NCBI GenBank assembly: GCA_047946875.1
Contig: CP181398.1
Coordinates: forward strand, 143,154-207,153
Source of the DNA: Candidatus Kerfeldbacteria bacterium
GTDB taxonomy: Bacteria; Patescibacteriota; Patescibacteriia; UBA10025; JAHIVO01
Direction: 5' to 3'
DNA length: 64,000 nt
Shown piece after piece: positions 37,800 through 47,319 of this stretch; positions within the stretch are counted from its first letter, which is position 1; each line of letters begins with the position of its first letter. Both the position numbers and the translations under genes were made by a program. Under the pieces are notes generated by a model that ran no database searches, was not told the DNA's origin, and saw only the letters and a program-made list of their open reading frames with translations.

Positions 37800-38444
37800 A
37801 TGTACGATAGAAAAGAAATGTTTAGGACTACTTGCAGTGACTGTGGAGATAGCTGTGAAGTACCTTTTAAACCAACTGGTAGTAAGCCAGTATTATGTAG
37901 CTCTTGCTTTGGGCAACAAGGCGGAGGAAGATCAAATGGTCGTGACAATAGATCAGGTGGCGGACGTGGTGGTAGATTCGGTGGTCGTGACAATAGATCT
38001 GGTGGGAGAGATAGAGGTGACCGTGAAATGCATTCAGTAATTTGTGATGACTGTGGTGATAATTGCCAAGTACCATTTCGACCAACTGCTGGTAAACCAA
38101 TTTATTGTGATAAATGTTTTGGTAAGCACAATGATCGTGGTGGAAGAGGTGGAGACAGAAAAGGTGGTGATAGTTTCAGAGAAAAGCGTGGTGGTGGAAA
38201 CAATGATAAAATGGCAAATGAACTTAGTTCTATGAATAGTAAGTTAGATAGACTAATAACTTTGCTTGACCCTTCAGCTAAATCTGAAAAGAAAACTACA
38301 CCAAAAAAAGTTAAAGATGAAACTGTAGCTCCATTAGATCTAGACCTTGATGTTAAGCCAAAAGCAAAGACTGCAAAGAAAACCGTAAAGAAGAAAGCTG
38401 TTGCAAAAAAACCAGCTAAGAAGACCGTTAAGAAAAAAAAGTAA
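37800..38444 (+). CDS. Tandem zinc-ribbon protein with RGG repeats and a Lys-rich histone H1-like tail (putative nucleic-acid binding)
   Basis: Two repeats of CxDCGDxCxVPFxPTxxKPxxCxxCF separated by RGG/RDNRSGG tracts. C-terminus KTAKKTVKKKAVAKKPAKKTVKKKK. Confidence 0.7.
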   Translation: MYDRKEMFRTTCSDCGDSCEVPFKPTGSKPVLCSSCFGQQGGGRSNGRDNRSGGGRGGRFGGRDNRSGGRDRGDREMHSVICDDCGDNCQVPFRPTAGKPIYCDKCFGKHNDRGGRGGDRKGGDSFREKRGGGNNDKMANELSSMNSKLDRLITLLDPSAKSEKKTTPKKVKDETVAPLDLDLDVKPKAKTAKKTVKKKAVAKKPAKKTVKKKK

Positions 38445-38716
38445 ATTAGATAGATTAGAAAAAACTCCGTCCATTAAGTTGGGCGGGGTTTTTGGGTTGA
38501 TTGTTTTATTTGTACTTTCTGACACCAGAAAGTACCAAAGAGTGCTGGGGGTTTCAATGCGCGAGCAGATAAATATAAATTATATATAAAAATGGCTTAG
38601 AGAAACCCCCAGACCCCAACTCATTAACTATTATCTTTATGTATAATTTGATTTTAATAGTAATAAAAAAGTGGGTCTGGAAATTTCCAAACCCACAGTA
38701 TATTCTTTTGACGAGA

Positions 38717-39232
38717 TTATGCCTCGCCGCGCATTTGGGTATTCATATCTACCCATCCTGCTATGAATGTCCGACAGTAGCGCATGAACCGTACTAACCA
38801 CCATCTCTTGAAAGAGGTGATCTTGTAGTATGGTTCGTCAGCCTGATGACCGCGTAGAATTTTTTGATAGAGGGCTTTGACATTCTTGAAAGTGTCACCA
38901 ACTATCATAATTTCAACTACATTTTTCCTACCGATCCTACTTGTTTCTGTAATCAGACGTACAAGGGCGGAAGTGTGTCTAAAATCGTAATGTTCACCAC
39001 AATCAATTATTTCATGATGGTTAACATCAGTGATTCTGATGAAAAATGTTACACGAGAAATTGGCAATGAACAGGGAACTTCGTTTTCTTTGATTTCGAT
39101 GTAGTAATCGAAATTTTCATCTCGTATGAGGGTACTAGTCCCATTTGGGCTGACCAATTTATTATGTCCAAGACCTTCTTGGATGGTCCAGCCATTAGGA
39201 AGCTGATTTGTGTCAATGTACAAACGAAACAT
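38717..39232 (-). CDS. Hypothetical protein (GC-richer than surroundings)
   Basis: 171-aa ORF with no recognised motif. Local GC is elevated. Confidence 0.5.
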   Translation of the reverse strand: MFRLYIDTNQLPNGWTIQEGLGHNKLVSPNGTSTLIRDENFDYYIEIKENEVPCSLPISRVTFFIRITDVNHHEIIDCGEHYDFRHTSALVRLITETSRIGRKNVVEIMIVGDTFKNVKALYQKILRGHQADEPYYKITSFKRWWLVRFMRYCRTFIAGWVDMNTQMRGEA

Positions 39233-39415
39233 TTGATACTCCTTACCTCTTTTGATTGGTTCTGGGTGTTACCCATCATCCATCGCTAGTAGGTAATAAA
39301 AGTGTTGTAAATCATATCTCACGTTGTGTGAAATATAACTATGTATGATAGTACTGTTTAGGCATTTTGTCAAGGGTAGTTTGATTTATATCTTAAAATA
39401 AGAGAAGATAGGACT

Positions 39416-39943
39416 ATGAATAATAACTTACCAACATCAGAAGACTTCCAACATATCAAAGAAAAATTGATTGACTATTTATCTAGGCAGGGTTTCTCAG
39501 AAGCTAAGTTGATCCAGAAAGTTACTGATCTTAAACGTCGTTACCCAAAAACAAAAAGGTATTTTTTTTATACTAAAGAAAATATTATAAAAGTAACAAA
39601 TGAATTGAAAGATTTGGGCTTAATTAACGATCGAAAATATGCTGAGAGTGTATTGCGACAATTGAAAGATAGAAAAGATGGTATTCAGCGAATTCGCCAA
39701 AAAATGTATACTCGACTTATTCCTACAAGTATTATTAATGAAGTATTAGGGGAATGGCAGGATCAGGGCACTAAGCAGGATGATAGTATAATTATTAGAG
39801 ATGCAAAAAGGAAATATGAAAGACTATGTGAAAAGCATCAGGCAAAAAAAGAAAAATATACTATTCAAACAAAGTTATATGCTTTTATTGCTCAGAAAGG
39901 ATATACACCGGATCAGATTAAAGAAATAATTGGAAAGATTTAA
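39416..39943 (+). CDS. recX: RecX-like regulatory protein
   Basis: 175 aa, three-helix repeat pattern with conserved basic/aromatic positions (LSRQGFSE...LKDLGLINDRKYAESV...). Moderate confidence. Confidence 0.5.
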   Translation: MNNNLPTSEDFQHIKEKLIDYLSRQGFSEAKLIQKVTDLKRRYPKTKRYFFYTKENIIKVTNELKDLGLINDRKYAESVLRQLKDRKDGIQRIRQKMYTRLIPTSIINEVLGEWQDQGTKQDDSIIIRDAKRKYERLCEKHQAKKEKYTIQTKLYAFIAQKGYTPDQIKEIIGKI

Positions 39944-40078
39944 TTATATTATTTTTTGTACTTTCTGAGAAAATCTCAGCCTGCCCGCCTCTGGCGGGAC
40001 CCCAAAAGCATAAACTATCTAATAGGGTAATAATTATTAGAATAAAAACGATATGTTGATTTATGATATAATGTATAT

Positions 40079-40255
40079 ATGGGAAAAAATTTTGTAATAT
40101 ATTTTTTTATTTTTGTAGTAGGAATTATTGGTAGTTATATACCATTACTTTGGGGTGATAGTCTTTTTTCTGTTTGGTCAGTCATTTTATCTGGGGTTGG
40201 TGGGTTTGTTGGAATATATGTAGGATTTAAATTAAATAAGATAATGGGTAATTAG
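40079..40255 (+). CDS. Unannotated small membrane protein (58 aa, 2 TM)
   Basis: MGKNFVIYFFIFVVGIIGSYIPLLWGDSLFSVWSVILSGVGGFVGIYVGFKLNKIMGN. Below the ORF-track size cutoff. Confidence 0.4.
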   Translation: MGKNFVIYFFIFVVGIIGSYIPLLWGDSLFSVWSVILSGVGGFVGIYVGFKLNKIMGN

Positions 40256-40268
40256 ATATATTTAACTG

Positions 40269-40790
40269 ATGATATTTAGTAATAACTGTATGAGACTACC
40301 AATAAGAAAACAAGGAAAATATTCTGATAAAAAATCAGATTTATATATAACGGAAGAAAAAGCGCAAAAGTATAAAGAGGAGCTAGATAAGCTCAAAAAA
40401 TTTTTTCAGCCACATACGATTATAGAAGTTAAGAGGCTTGCGGAGATGGGAGATTTTTCTGAGAACGCTGCCTATCAAATGGCTAAGGGGAAATTGCGAG
40501 GTATTAATTCACGAATATTAAAATTAGAGACAGCTATTAATAAAGCTATAGTTATTAAAGTAAGTAGCCAAACTAATATAATTAACATTGGTCATAGGGT
40601 TGTTGTAGAGATGGATGGAGTTAAAAAAGAATTTAAAATACTTGGTTCAGCAGAATCAGATCCAAGTAAAGGAATTATTTCGCACACTTCTCCTCTTGGT
40701 ACAGTTTTGATTGGGAAAAAAGTAAATGATATATTCAATATAGAGATCGCTAATAAAGAAGTTAAGTGTAAAATATTAAAGATTAAATAA
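40269..40790 (+). CDS. greA: Transcription elongation factor GreA
   Basis: N-terminal coiled coil with GDFSENAAYQMAKGK (the GreA GDLSENAEY motif) and a C-terminal FKBP-like domain. The true start may be the ATG at 40290. Confidence 0.85.
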   Translation: MIFSNNCMRLPIRKQGKYSDKKSDLYITEEKAQKYKEELDKLKKFFQPHTIIEVKRLAEMGDFSENAAYQMAKGKLRGINSRILKLETAINKAIVIKVSSQTNIINIGHRVVVEMDGVKKEFKILGSAESDPSKGIISHTSPLGTVLIGKKVNDIFNIEIANKEVKCKILKIK

Positions 40791-40888
40791 ACAAGCTTGT
40801 GAGTTTAGCCACAGGCTTATGTTGATTTTTGGTTGAAATATAGATAAGATAGGGGTATATTTATAAACTAATTAATTGATTCAAAGAT

Positions 40889-43609
40889 ATGAAGAAAAAA
40901 TCTGTATTAAGTATTATAATCATCCTATTGATACTAGGAATATTTGTTCCAATTTTAGTTGGTTTGTCAGCTGATTGGCTTTGGTTTTCAGCTCAGGGGT
41001 TTGCTACCATCTTCAGTACAATATTATTAACCAAGATCATCTTAGGGGTAATAATAGGTTTAGTTACTTTTGGTATTATTTATCTTAATTTTAATATTGC
41101 TCATCGCCGTACCAAAGATCAGCCTGTTATTCTCAGTAATCTACGTCCTGGTTTAGATATATCCAGAATTATATACAGATTATTATTGCCAATATCATTA
41201 GTGATAGGAATATTGACTGGTATAGTTGGATCTGGTTATTGGGAAGTAGTACAACAATTTATTCATAGTGTAAGTTTTGATGCTGTTGATCCTTTGTTTG
41301 GACGTGATATTTCATTTTATTTTTTCACTTTGCCAGCTATAAAGATGTTGATAGGATTTTTGTTTTGGATAACAATTGTCTCAATATTAGGAGCGTCTAT
41401 TCAATATTTGGTTAAAGGATTAATGACTATCAGAGGCAAGAGGATCGAAACAGCTCGCATAGCCAAAAATCATCTTTCTGTTTTGATGTCAATATTTTTC
41501 TTAATTATGGCTGGACATGTATATTTTAATAGCATGACTAATTTATTATATTCTAATACGGGTCCTTTTGTTGGTGCAAATTATTCTGATGTTTATGCTA
41601 CTTTACCTATACAATGGGGACTACTTGGAATTGCTTTGTTTATCGCAATTATTTTTCTTGTTACCCTCCTCAAGCCAATCAAGCGGTTAGTACCTTCTAT
41701 GATAATAATTTATATTTTGGTTTCTATTTTAGGTGGAGTATATGCATCAATAATTCAGAAGACAGTAGTATTACCTAATGAATTAGTAAAAGAGACTCCA
41801 TATATAGAAAGGAATATTTTTGCAACTAGAGCTTCATTTGGATTGGATCAGGTAGTTAAGCGTGAACTAGGTAATGAGGAAACAACATTGACCAGTGAAG
41901 ACATAAAAAATAATGAATTAACTATTAAAAATATTAGGTTGTGGGATAGGAAGCCTCTGTTAGATACTTTTGGTCAGATTCAAGAAATTCGAACTTATTA
42001 TGATTTTGTTTCTATTGATAATGATCGCTATACAATAGATGATGAATATCGTCAGATTATGGTTTCGCCTCGTGAGTTAAATACTGCTAGTTTACCATCT
42101 CGTACTTTTATTAATGAGCGATTGGTCTTCACACACGGTTATGGTTTAGCCTTAGGTCCAGTCAACGAGGTAACCAAAGAAGGTTTACCGTTATTATTTG
42201 TAAAAGATCTACCACCAGTCTCAAGTACTGAATCTATTAGTGTGGATAAGCCAGAGATATATTTCGGGGAGCTTTCTTCGGATTATGTTTTTGTAAATAC
42301 AGGAGCCGATGAATTCAACTATCCATCTGGTGATGAAAACGTATTCACTAATTATGAAGGGGAAGGTGGAGTTGCTCTAGATTCCTTCTTAAAGAAAGCG
42401 CTATTCGCTGTGAATTTAAATTCATTCAAGATATTTCTATCCAATGATATTAATAATGATAGTCGTGTCTTGTTACATAGGAATATTACTGATCGAGTAG
42501 AAAAAGTAATGCCATTCCTAGAATACGATGGTGATCCTTATCTTGTTATTACTGATGATGGGGGATTGAAGTGGATTTATGATGCTTATACTATTAGCAA
42601 CGATTATCCTTATGCTAATTCCGTTACAGCGATTACTACCAATAGTGAAGTTACTTCAGCACTCTATACAACCAAGATTAATTATATTCGTAATTCAGTA
42701 AAAGTTGTGATTGATGCTTATAGTGGTGAGATGAAGTTCTATATAGCTAATGAGCAGGATCCAATTATTCAAACTTACGCAAATATTTTTCCTGATACTT
42801 TCGAATCTTTGGATACTATGTCTGATGATCTTAGATCGCATATTCGCTATCCAGAAGATATTTTCAAATATCAGACAGAGATTTATTCTACTTATCATAT
42901 GGAACAACCTCAGATTTTTTATAACAAGGAAGATAAATGGGAAGTGCCACGTATTAGTGAGGATCGAGCCGATCCAATGATGCGTCATATGATTATGAAG
43001 TTGCCGGCTGAGGAACAAGAAGAGTTTATCTTGATGCTACCTTATACTCCTCGTAGCAAAGACAATTTGGCAGCTTGGATGGTAGCTAGGTCTGATGGAA
43101 ATAACTATGGCGAGTTGGTTGCTTATAGCTTCCCCAAGCAGAAATTGATTTTTGGTCCGAAACAGATAGTTAATAGGATTAATCAAGATGCTGATATTTC
43201 TAGGCAGATATCTCTTTGGGATCAACGTGGGTCAGAAGTTAACCACGGTAATCTATTGGTTATTCCTATCGAAGAATCATTGATTTATGTACAGCCATTA
43301 TACTTGAGAGCAGAAGGTGGTAAGATCCCAGAATTGAAACGAGTAATAGTAGCTTATGAAAATCAGATAGCTATGGCTGAGACTCTTGGTGGAGCGCTGG
43401 ATATTATTTTTAGTGGCGTCGTCGCAGCACCGACTACTGATGATACTATTGATACTTCAGTGGATACGGAAGTAGTTACATCAGCTGATCTTATTATCCA
43501 AGCCAATACTCATTACCAAGCAGCTATAAATGCGCAACAGCGTGGTGACTGGGCGACTTATGGTCGTGAGATAGAAGCTTTGGGAAATGTGTTGGATAAA
43601 TTGAAATAA
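40889..43609 (+). CDS. UPF0182-family large membrane protein
   Basis: 906 aa. N-terminal region of about 7 TM helices followed by a large extracytoplasmic domain. The size and topology match UPF0182. Confidence 0.6.
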   Translation: MKKKSVLSIIIILLILGIFVPILVGLSADWLWFSAQGFATIFSTILLTKIILGVIIGLVTFGIIYLNFNIAHRRTKDQPVILSNLRPGLDISRIIYRLLLPISLVIGILTGIVGSGYWEVVQQFIHSVSFDAVDPLFGRDISFYFFTLPAIKMLIGFLFWITIVSILGASIQYLVKGLMTIRGKRIETARIAKNHLSVLMSIFFLIMAGHVYFNSMTNLLYSNTGPFVGANYSDVYATLPIQWGLLGIALFIAIIFLVTLLKPIKRLVPSMIIIYILVSILGGVYASIIQKTVVLPNELVKETPYIERNIFATRASFGLDQVVKRELGNEETTLTSEDIKNNELTIKNIRLWDRKPLLDTFGQIQEIRTYYDFVSIDNDRYTIDDEYRQIMVSPRELNTASLPSRTFINERLVFTHGYGLALGPVNEVTKEGLPLLFVKDLPPVSSTESISVDKPEIYFGELSSDYVFVNTGADEFNYPSGDENVFTNYEGEGGVALDSFLKKALFAVNLNSFKIFLSNDINNDSRVLLHRNITDRVEKVMPFLEYDGDPYLVITDDGGLKWIYDAYTISNDYPYANSVTAITTNSEVTSALYTTKINYIRNSVKVVIDAYSGEMKFYIANEQDPIIQTYANIFPDTFESLDTMSDDLRSHIRYPEDIFKYQTEIYSTYHMEQPQIFYNKEDKWEVPRISEDRADPMMRHMIMKLPAEEQEEFILMLPYTPRSKDNLAAWMVARSDGNNYGELVAYSFPKQKLIFGPKQIVNRINQDADISRQISLWDQRGSEVNHGNLLVIPIEESLIYVQPLYLRAEGGKIPELKRVIVAYENQIAMAETLGGALDIIFSGVVAAPTTDDTIDTSVDTEVVTSADLIIQANTHYQAAINAQQRGDWATYGREIEALGNVLDKLK

Positions 43610-43665
43610 TAGAATAGTTTTAGATAAAAAAGCTTGTGAGTTTAGTCACAAGCTTAGGTCGATAT

Positions 43666-44115
43666 TTATATAGCACGAATGGTCGAACTGGCTAGGGGAG
43701 TGATAATACGGTTATTGTAAACCGTAAATTTTTCCCCAATTCTTCGGTGTTTCAAATCATCAGTGATTCGTAGTGCGACTACATACATAAAATCTTTGTC
43801 ACCAGGTTGGTGATGAATGACATTTGTATATCCACCGGAAAGTTGTTGGTGGACAGTATAGTGTCCATCCATCAGATCAGCTATGATAGTCGACTGGACG
43901 AAAAGGGGATACCCTTCATGCGTCAGTGATGTAGCGCCGTCTGCACCAGGGACAACTGAGTTGGAAAGTATGAAAATACCGCCAAAGACGTAGATAAAAC
44001 ATAATGCGATTAGGCATTTGTCGAATTTCGTGAACATTGCTATTGCCTCGCTTTCTTTTGTTTTTTGTTTGGAATGTGCAATATACAAATATACCCCATA
44101 CATGGGTATTGTCAA
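43666..44115 (-). CDS. Hypothetical membrane-anchored protein
   Basis: 149 aa with one TM (LIALCFIYVFGGIFILS). Confidence 0.5.
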   Translation of the reverse strand: MTIPMYGVYLYIAHSKQKTKESEAIAMFTKFDKCLIALCFIYVFGGIFILSNSVVPGADGATSLTHEGYPLFVQSTIIADLMDGHYTVHQQLSGGYTNVIHHQPGDKDFMYVVALRITDDLKHRRIGEKFTVYNNRIITPLASSTIRAI

Positions 44116-44165
44116 TCCTGTTTTGAAGGGTAAAAACTAATTACCTCATTTGTTATAATCAATCC

Positions 44166-44190
44166 ATATGAATGGAATTTTTAGGTAATT
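44166..44190. repeat. Partial copy of the truB 5' end (t0)
   Basis: atATGAATGGAATTTTTaggtaat. 16 nt match the truB start ATGAATGGAATTTTTGGTAT. Confidence 0.4.
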
Positions 44191-44210
44191 AGATATGGTA
44201 TACTTTAATC

Positions 44211-45242
44211 ATGAATCCACAAGAATATTTAGAAAATAGAATAAAAGACTGTACGAAATACAAACTTAGTGAAGCAGATGAGAAGTTTATAAAAGATAAT
44301 TCTTTGAGAGAGTTTCTTTTTAAACAGATGACACGAAAAAAATTTAGACGATACAAGCTTACAGATCTGACGAAAGAAAAGATTAATGAAGCGCTTGATT
44401 ATTGTATGTCTGACAACAAACCAATTATTTTTCGTTTATGGTTTGGTGGTTATAAATTATGGCGTTATCCGACTACCCCAGAAGTTGAATGGGCTGAATT
44501 TTTTGTGTTAGCACATTATTGTGAGTTTTTGGCTCCATTGATAGCTACTTATAAACCCGGAATAAAATTGTTATTTACTTCTGATGATGTTTTTGTAGAA
44601 AGATTGAATAATATTCCCAAGTCAGATACGGATGCTTATTATAATTCCTTTCAAAAATTATTAGATGAATTTAGAAAGTATTTCCCTAAAAATTTTGAGG
44701 CAGATATGATTAGACATAGCGCATTATATGATTCAGAAAAAGAATTTGAAGTAGATTTTACTGAACAGGTTACTATAGCTAAGAAAACTTGGAAGAGTAG
44801 TCGAACGCTTGAACAGATAGCTTCTAAATTTCAAATATCAAAGATGAATATCAAGTGGGATGGTGTGGAAGATCTAACTAAATTATCGGAAGAAGATAAG
44901 CAAAAAAAGATTGAACAAAGTATTATCTATCATGATGCGTTGGTCCAAATGCCGAAGATACGAGCTTGGGGTTTTACACCAGATAAAATAGCTATTTCTA
45001 ATAATCCTTTTCCTGGAGGAATTGCCATTGGTGCAACCAAAAATTCTATTGTACGTTTTTGGGTAGGGACTGGTGTTTTGGAAACAAAAGATGATACTTA
45101 TGCAGATCGTATTTTTTCTATCCAACAATATGAAGATAGTAAAGATATATCTTGTCAGGAAATAAAAGTTGATTTTATTCCATTGAAAAATTTTTCTAGT
45201 GTTAAACTATATAATCAAAAATTTGAATTTGCTAATAAATAA
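44211..45242 (+). CDS. Hypothetical protein
   Basis: 343-aa ORF bracketed by truB-start copies t0 and t1. Confidence 0.6.
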   Translation: MNPQEYLENRIKDCTKYKLSEADEKFIKDNSLREFLFKQMTRKKFRRYKLTDLTKEKINEALDYCMSDNKPIIFRLWFGGYKLWRYPTTPEVEWAEFFVLAHYCEFLAPLIATYKPGIKLLFTSDDVFVERLNNIPKSDTDAYYNSFQKLLDEFRKYFPKNFEADMIRHSALYDSEKEFEVDFTEQVTIAKKTWKSSRTLEQIASKFQISKMNIKWDGVEDLTKLSEEDKQKKIEQSIIYHDALVQMPKIRAWGFTPDKIAISNNPFPGGIAIGATKNSIVRFWVGTGVLETKDDTYADRIFSIQQYEDSKDISCQEIKVDFIPLKNFSSVKLYNQKFEFANK

Positions 45243-45256
45243 TTACATTTAGAATT

Positions 45257-45331
45257 ATGAATGGAATTTTTGGTATCAACAAATAGGTGGGGCCTACTTC
45301 GCATGATATTATAGATCAGTTGCGTTGAAAG
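45257..45331. repeat. 75-nt duplicate of the truB 5' end (t1), carrying an in-frame stop
   Basis: tATGAATGGAATTTTTGGTATCAACAAAtAGGTGGGGCCTACTTCGCATGATATTATAGATCAgTTGCGTtGAAAG versus the genuine truB start at 46476..46551. There are 3 mismatches, one of which makes AAA-TAG. Confidence 0.8.
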
Positions 45332-45401
45332 GAATGGGTGATTTTTCTAACTAGGGGATGGTTGACAATTGGTTGACAATAGTATATACTGTAGTTGACA
45401 A

Positions 45402-46475
45402 TTGGTTTACAATGAAAATATGATAACTAAGGAAAAAATATTAAAAATTGCTAAAGAAAAGGGAAAAGTTGTTTCATCTGATTTATCAGTGCAGTTTTCT
45501 GTTTCGCGCCAGTATTTAAATCGTTTAATAAAAGATCTTGTTGATACTAATAAACTCATAAAATTAGGCGTAACGCGAAAAGCTTTTTATGTACTTCCAG
45601 AATATGTAGAGGCACATCAAGAAATGTTGCCAGTTCGGTATGTAAAGTTATTTAAGAATAAAGGACTTGAAGAGCATAAGGTGCTTAATCAAATTGAACA
45701 AATGTTTCCGATATTAAAACAACTTCCAGAGAATATACAAAGTATTTTTACATATGCTTTTTCGGAAATGCTTAATAATGCAATTGAGCATTCTAGGTCT
45801 ATTGCAATTGGCGTGGAGGTATCGGTGCTTAAAAATGAACTTTCATTTATTATCCAAGATTCAGGTATTGGGATTTGGCGTAATGTTATGAAGCAACGTG
45901 GCCTTAAATCGGAGATGGAAGCAATTCAGGATATTCTTAAAGGTAAAACAACTACTATGCCAAAATCACATTCCGGTGAAGGAATATTTTTTACTTCTAA
46001 AGTGGGAGATATATTTACTCTCGATAGTTTTGGATACCAGCTTATTATTAATAATGAGACACCTGATATATTTGTAAAAAAAGTTAAGAAAATAAAGAGA
46101 GGAACTCATGTATCATTTAAGATGTCTACAAAGTCAACCAGACATTTGAATGAAGTTTTTAAGAAATATACTAACCTGTCTGATAAAAGTGATTATGGAT
46201 TTGATAAAACAGAAGTAATAATAAAGCTTTATGCTATTGGTGGTGTGCATATTTCTCGTTCACAAGCGCGCAGAGTATTAACAGGTTTGGAGAAATTTAA
46301 AGTTATTGTTTTTGACTTTGATAAAGTGTCTACAGTAGGTCAGGCATTTACTGATGAAGTTTTTCGGGTATTTCACCATAAGTATCCAAAAATTAAACTT
46401 GAGGTTGAAAATATGTCTGAGGGAGTTAAGTTTATGGTTGAACGAGCACAAAATGAAGCAAAGTCATTAAGATAA
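45402..46475 (+). CDS. wHTH + HATPase_c-like + DUF4325/STAS-like regulatory protein
   Basis: N-terminal HTH (VSRQYLNRLIKDLVD), an ATP-binding region resembling anti-sigma-factor kinases (AFSEMLNNAIEHS...DSGIGI), and a C-terminal STAS-like domain. Confidence 0.6.
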   Translation: MVYNENMITKEKILKIAKEKGKVVSSDLSVQFSVSRQYLNRLIKDLVDTNKLIKLGVTRKAFYVLPEYVEAHQEMLPVRYVKLFKNKGLEEHKVLNQIEQMFPILKQLPENIQSIFTYAFSEMLNNAIEHSRSIAIGVEVSVLKNELSFIIQDSGIGIWRNVMKQRGLKSEMEAIQDILKGKTTTMPKSHSGEGIFFTSKVGDIFTLDSFGYQLIINNETPDIFVKKVKKIKRGTHVSFKMSTKSTRHLNEVFKKYTNLSDKSDYGFDKTEVIIKLYAIGGVHISRSQARRVLTGLEKFKVIVFDFDKVSTVGQAFTDEVFRVFHHKYPKIKLEVENMSEGVKFMVERAQNEAKSLR

Positions 46476-46476
46476 T

Positions 46477-47118
46477 ATGAATGGAATTTTTGGTATCAAC
46501 AAAAAGGTGGGGCCTACTTCGCATGATATTATAGATCAATTGCGTCGAAAGACAGGCATTAAAAAGATTGGACATGCTGGAACATTGGATCCTTTGGCTA
46601 GTGGTGTTTTGGTCGTGGCGATTGGAAAAGAATTTACTAGGCAGATTGATACTATCGTTAAGACTGAGAAAGAATATATAGCTAAGGTAAAATTTGGTTT
46701 TAATAGTACGACGGATGATGAAGAGGGCGAGAAAGAAGAGATAAAAATAAGCAATGAACCGACTAAAGAAGATATAGAGAAAGTATTACCAAAATTTATT
46801 GGTGAGATTAAACAAATGCCACCGGTATATAGCTCGGTGAAAGTTAGTGGTAAACCTGCTCATCGTCGAGTCAGAAAAGGAGAGGATGTGAAGTTGGGAA
46901 CTCGGGATGTATTTATTAAAAATATTGAGATACTAGATTATCAATGGCCGTATTTAGAAATCAAGATTGTGACTGGACCGGGAGTTTATATTCGTTCTCT
47001 GGCTAGAGATATTGGGAGTGAATTAAAAGTTGGTGGATATTTGAGCGGTTTGATTAGAACAAGAGTTGGGGATTATAATATAGATGATGCGGTGACGGTA
47101 GAGAAGTTTAATGGTTAA
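46477..47118 (+). CDS. truB: tRNA pseudouridine(55) synthase TruB
   Basis: GINKKVGPTSHD...GHAGTLDPLASGVL catalytic Asp motif. Confidence 0.92.
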   Translation: MNGIFGINKKVGPTSHDIIDQLRRKTGIKKIGHAGTLDPLASGVLVVAIGKEFTRQIDTIVKTEKEYIAKVKFGFNSTTDDEEGEKEEIKISNEPTKEDIEKVLPKFIGEIKQMPPVYSSVKVSGKPAHRRVRKGEDVKLGTRDVFIKNIEILDYQWPYLEIKIVTGPGVYIRSLARDIGSELKVGGYLSGLIRTRVGDYNIDDAVTVEKFNG

Positions 47119-47121
47119 TTA

Positions 47122-47184
47122 CTTGTCATGCTGAACTTGTTTCAGTATCTTTATAGACCCTGAAATAAATTCAGGGTGACAAGA
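47122..47184. repeat. GC-rich nested-hairpin intergenic repeat, TTGTCAT-box family, copy C
   Basis: CTTGTCAtgctgaacttgtttcagtatc...accctgaaataaattcagggTGACAAG. Immediately 3' of truB. Confidence 0.6.
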
Positions 47185-47319
47185 GAGAGTATATTTGATT
47201 CTTGGATTCCAGCCTTTAGGCTGTTACATATAAAACCCTAAAGCCTGCCTGCCGGCAGGGGTTAATTCTTTGTTATTATAATAGATGACAGAGGGGGGTG
47301 AATAATATATAATGTAGCT

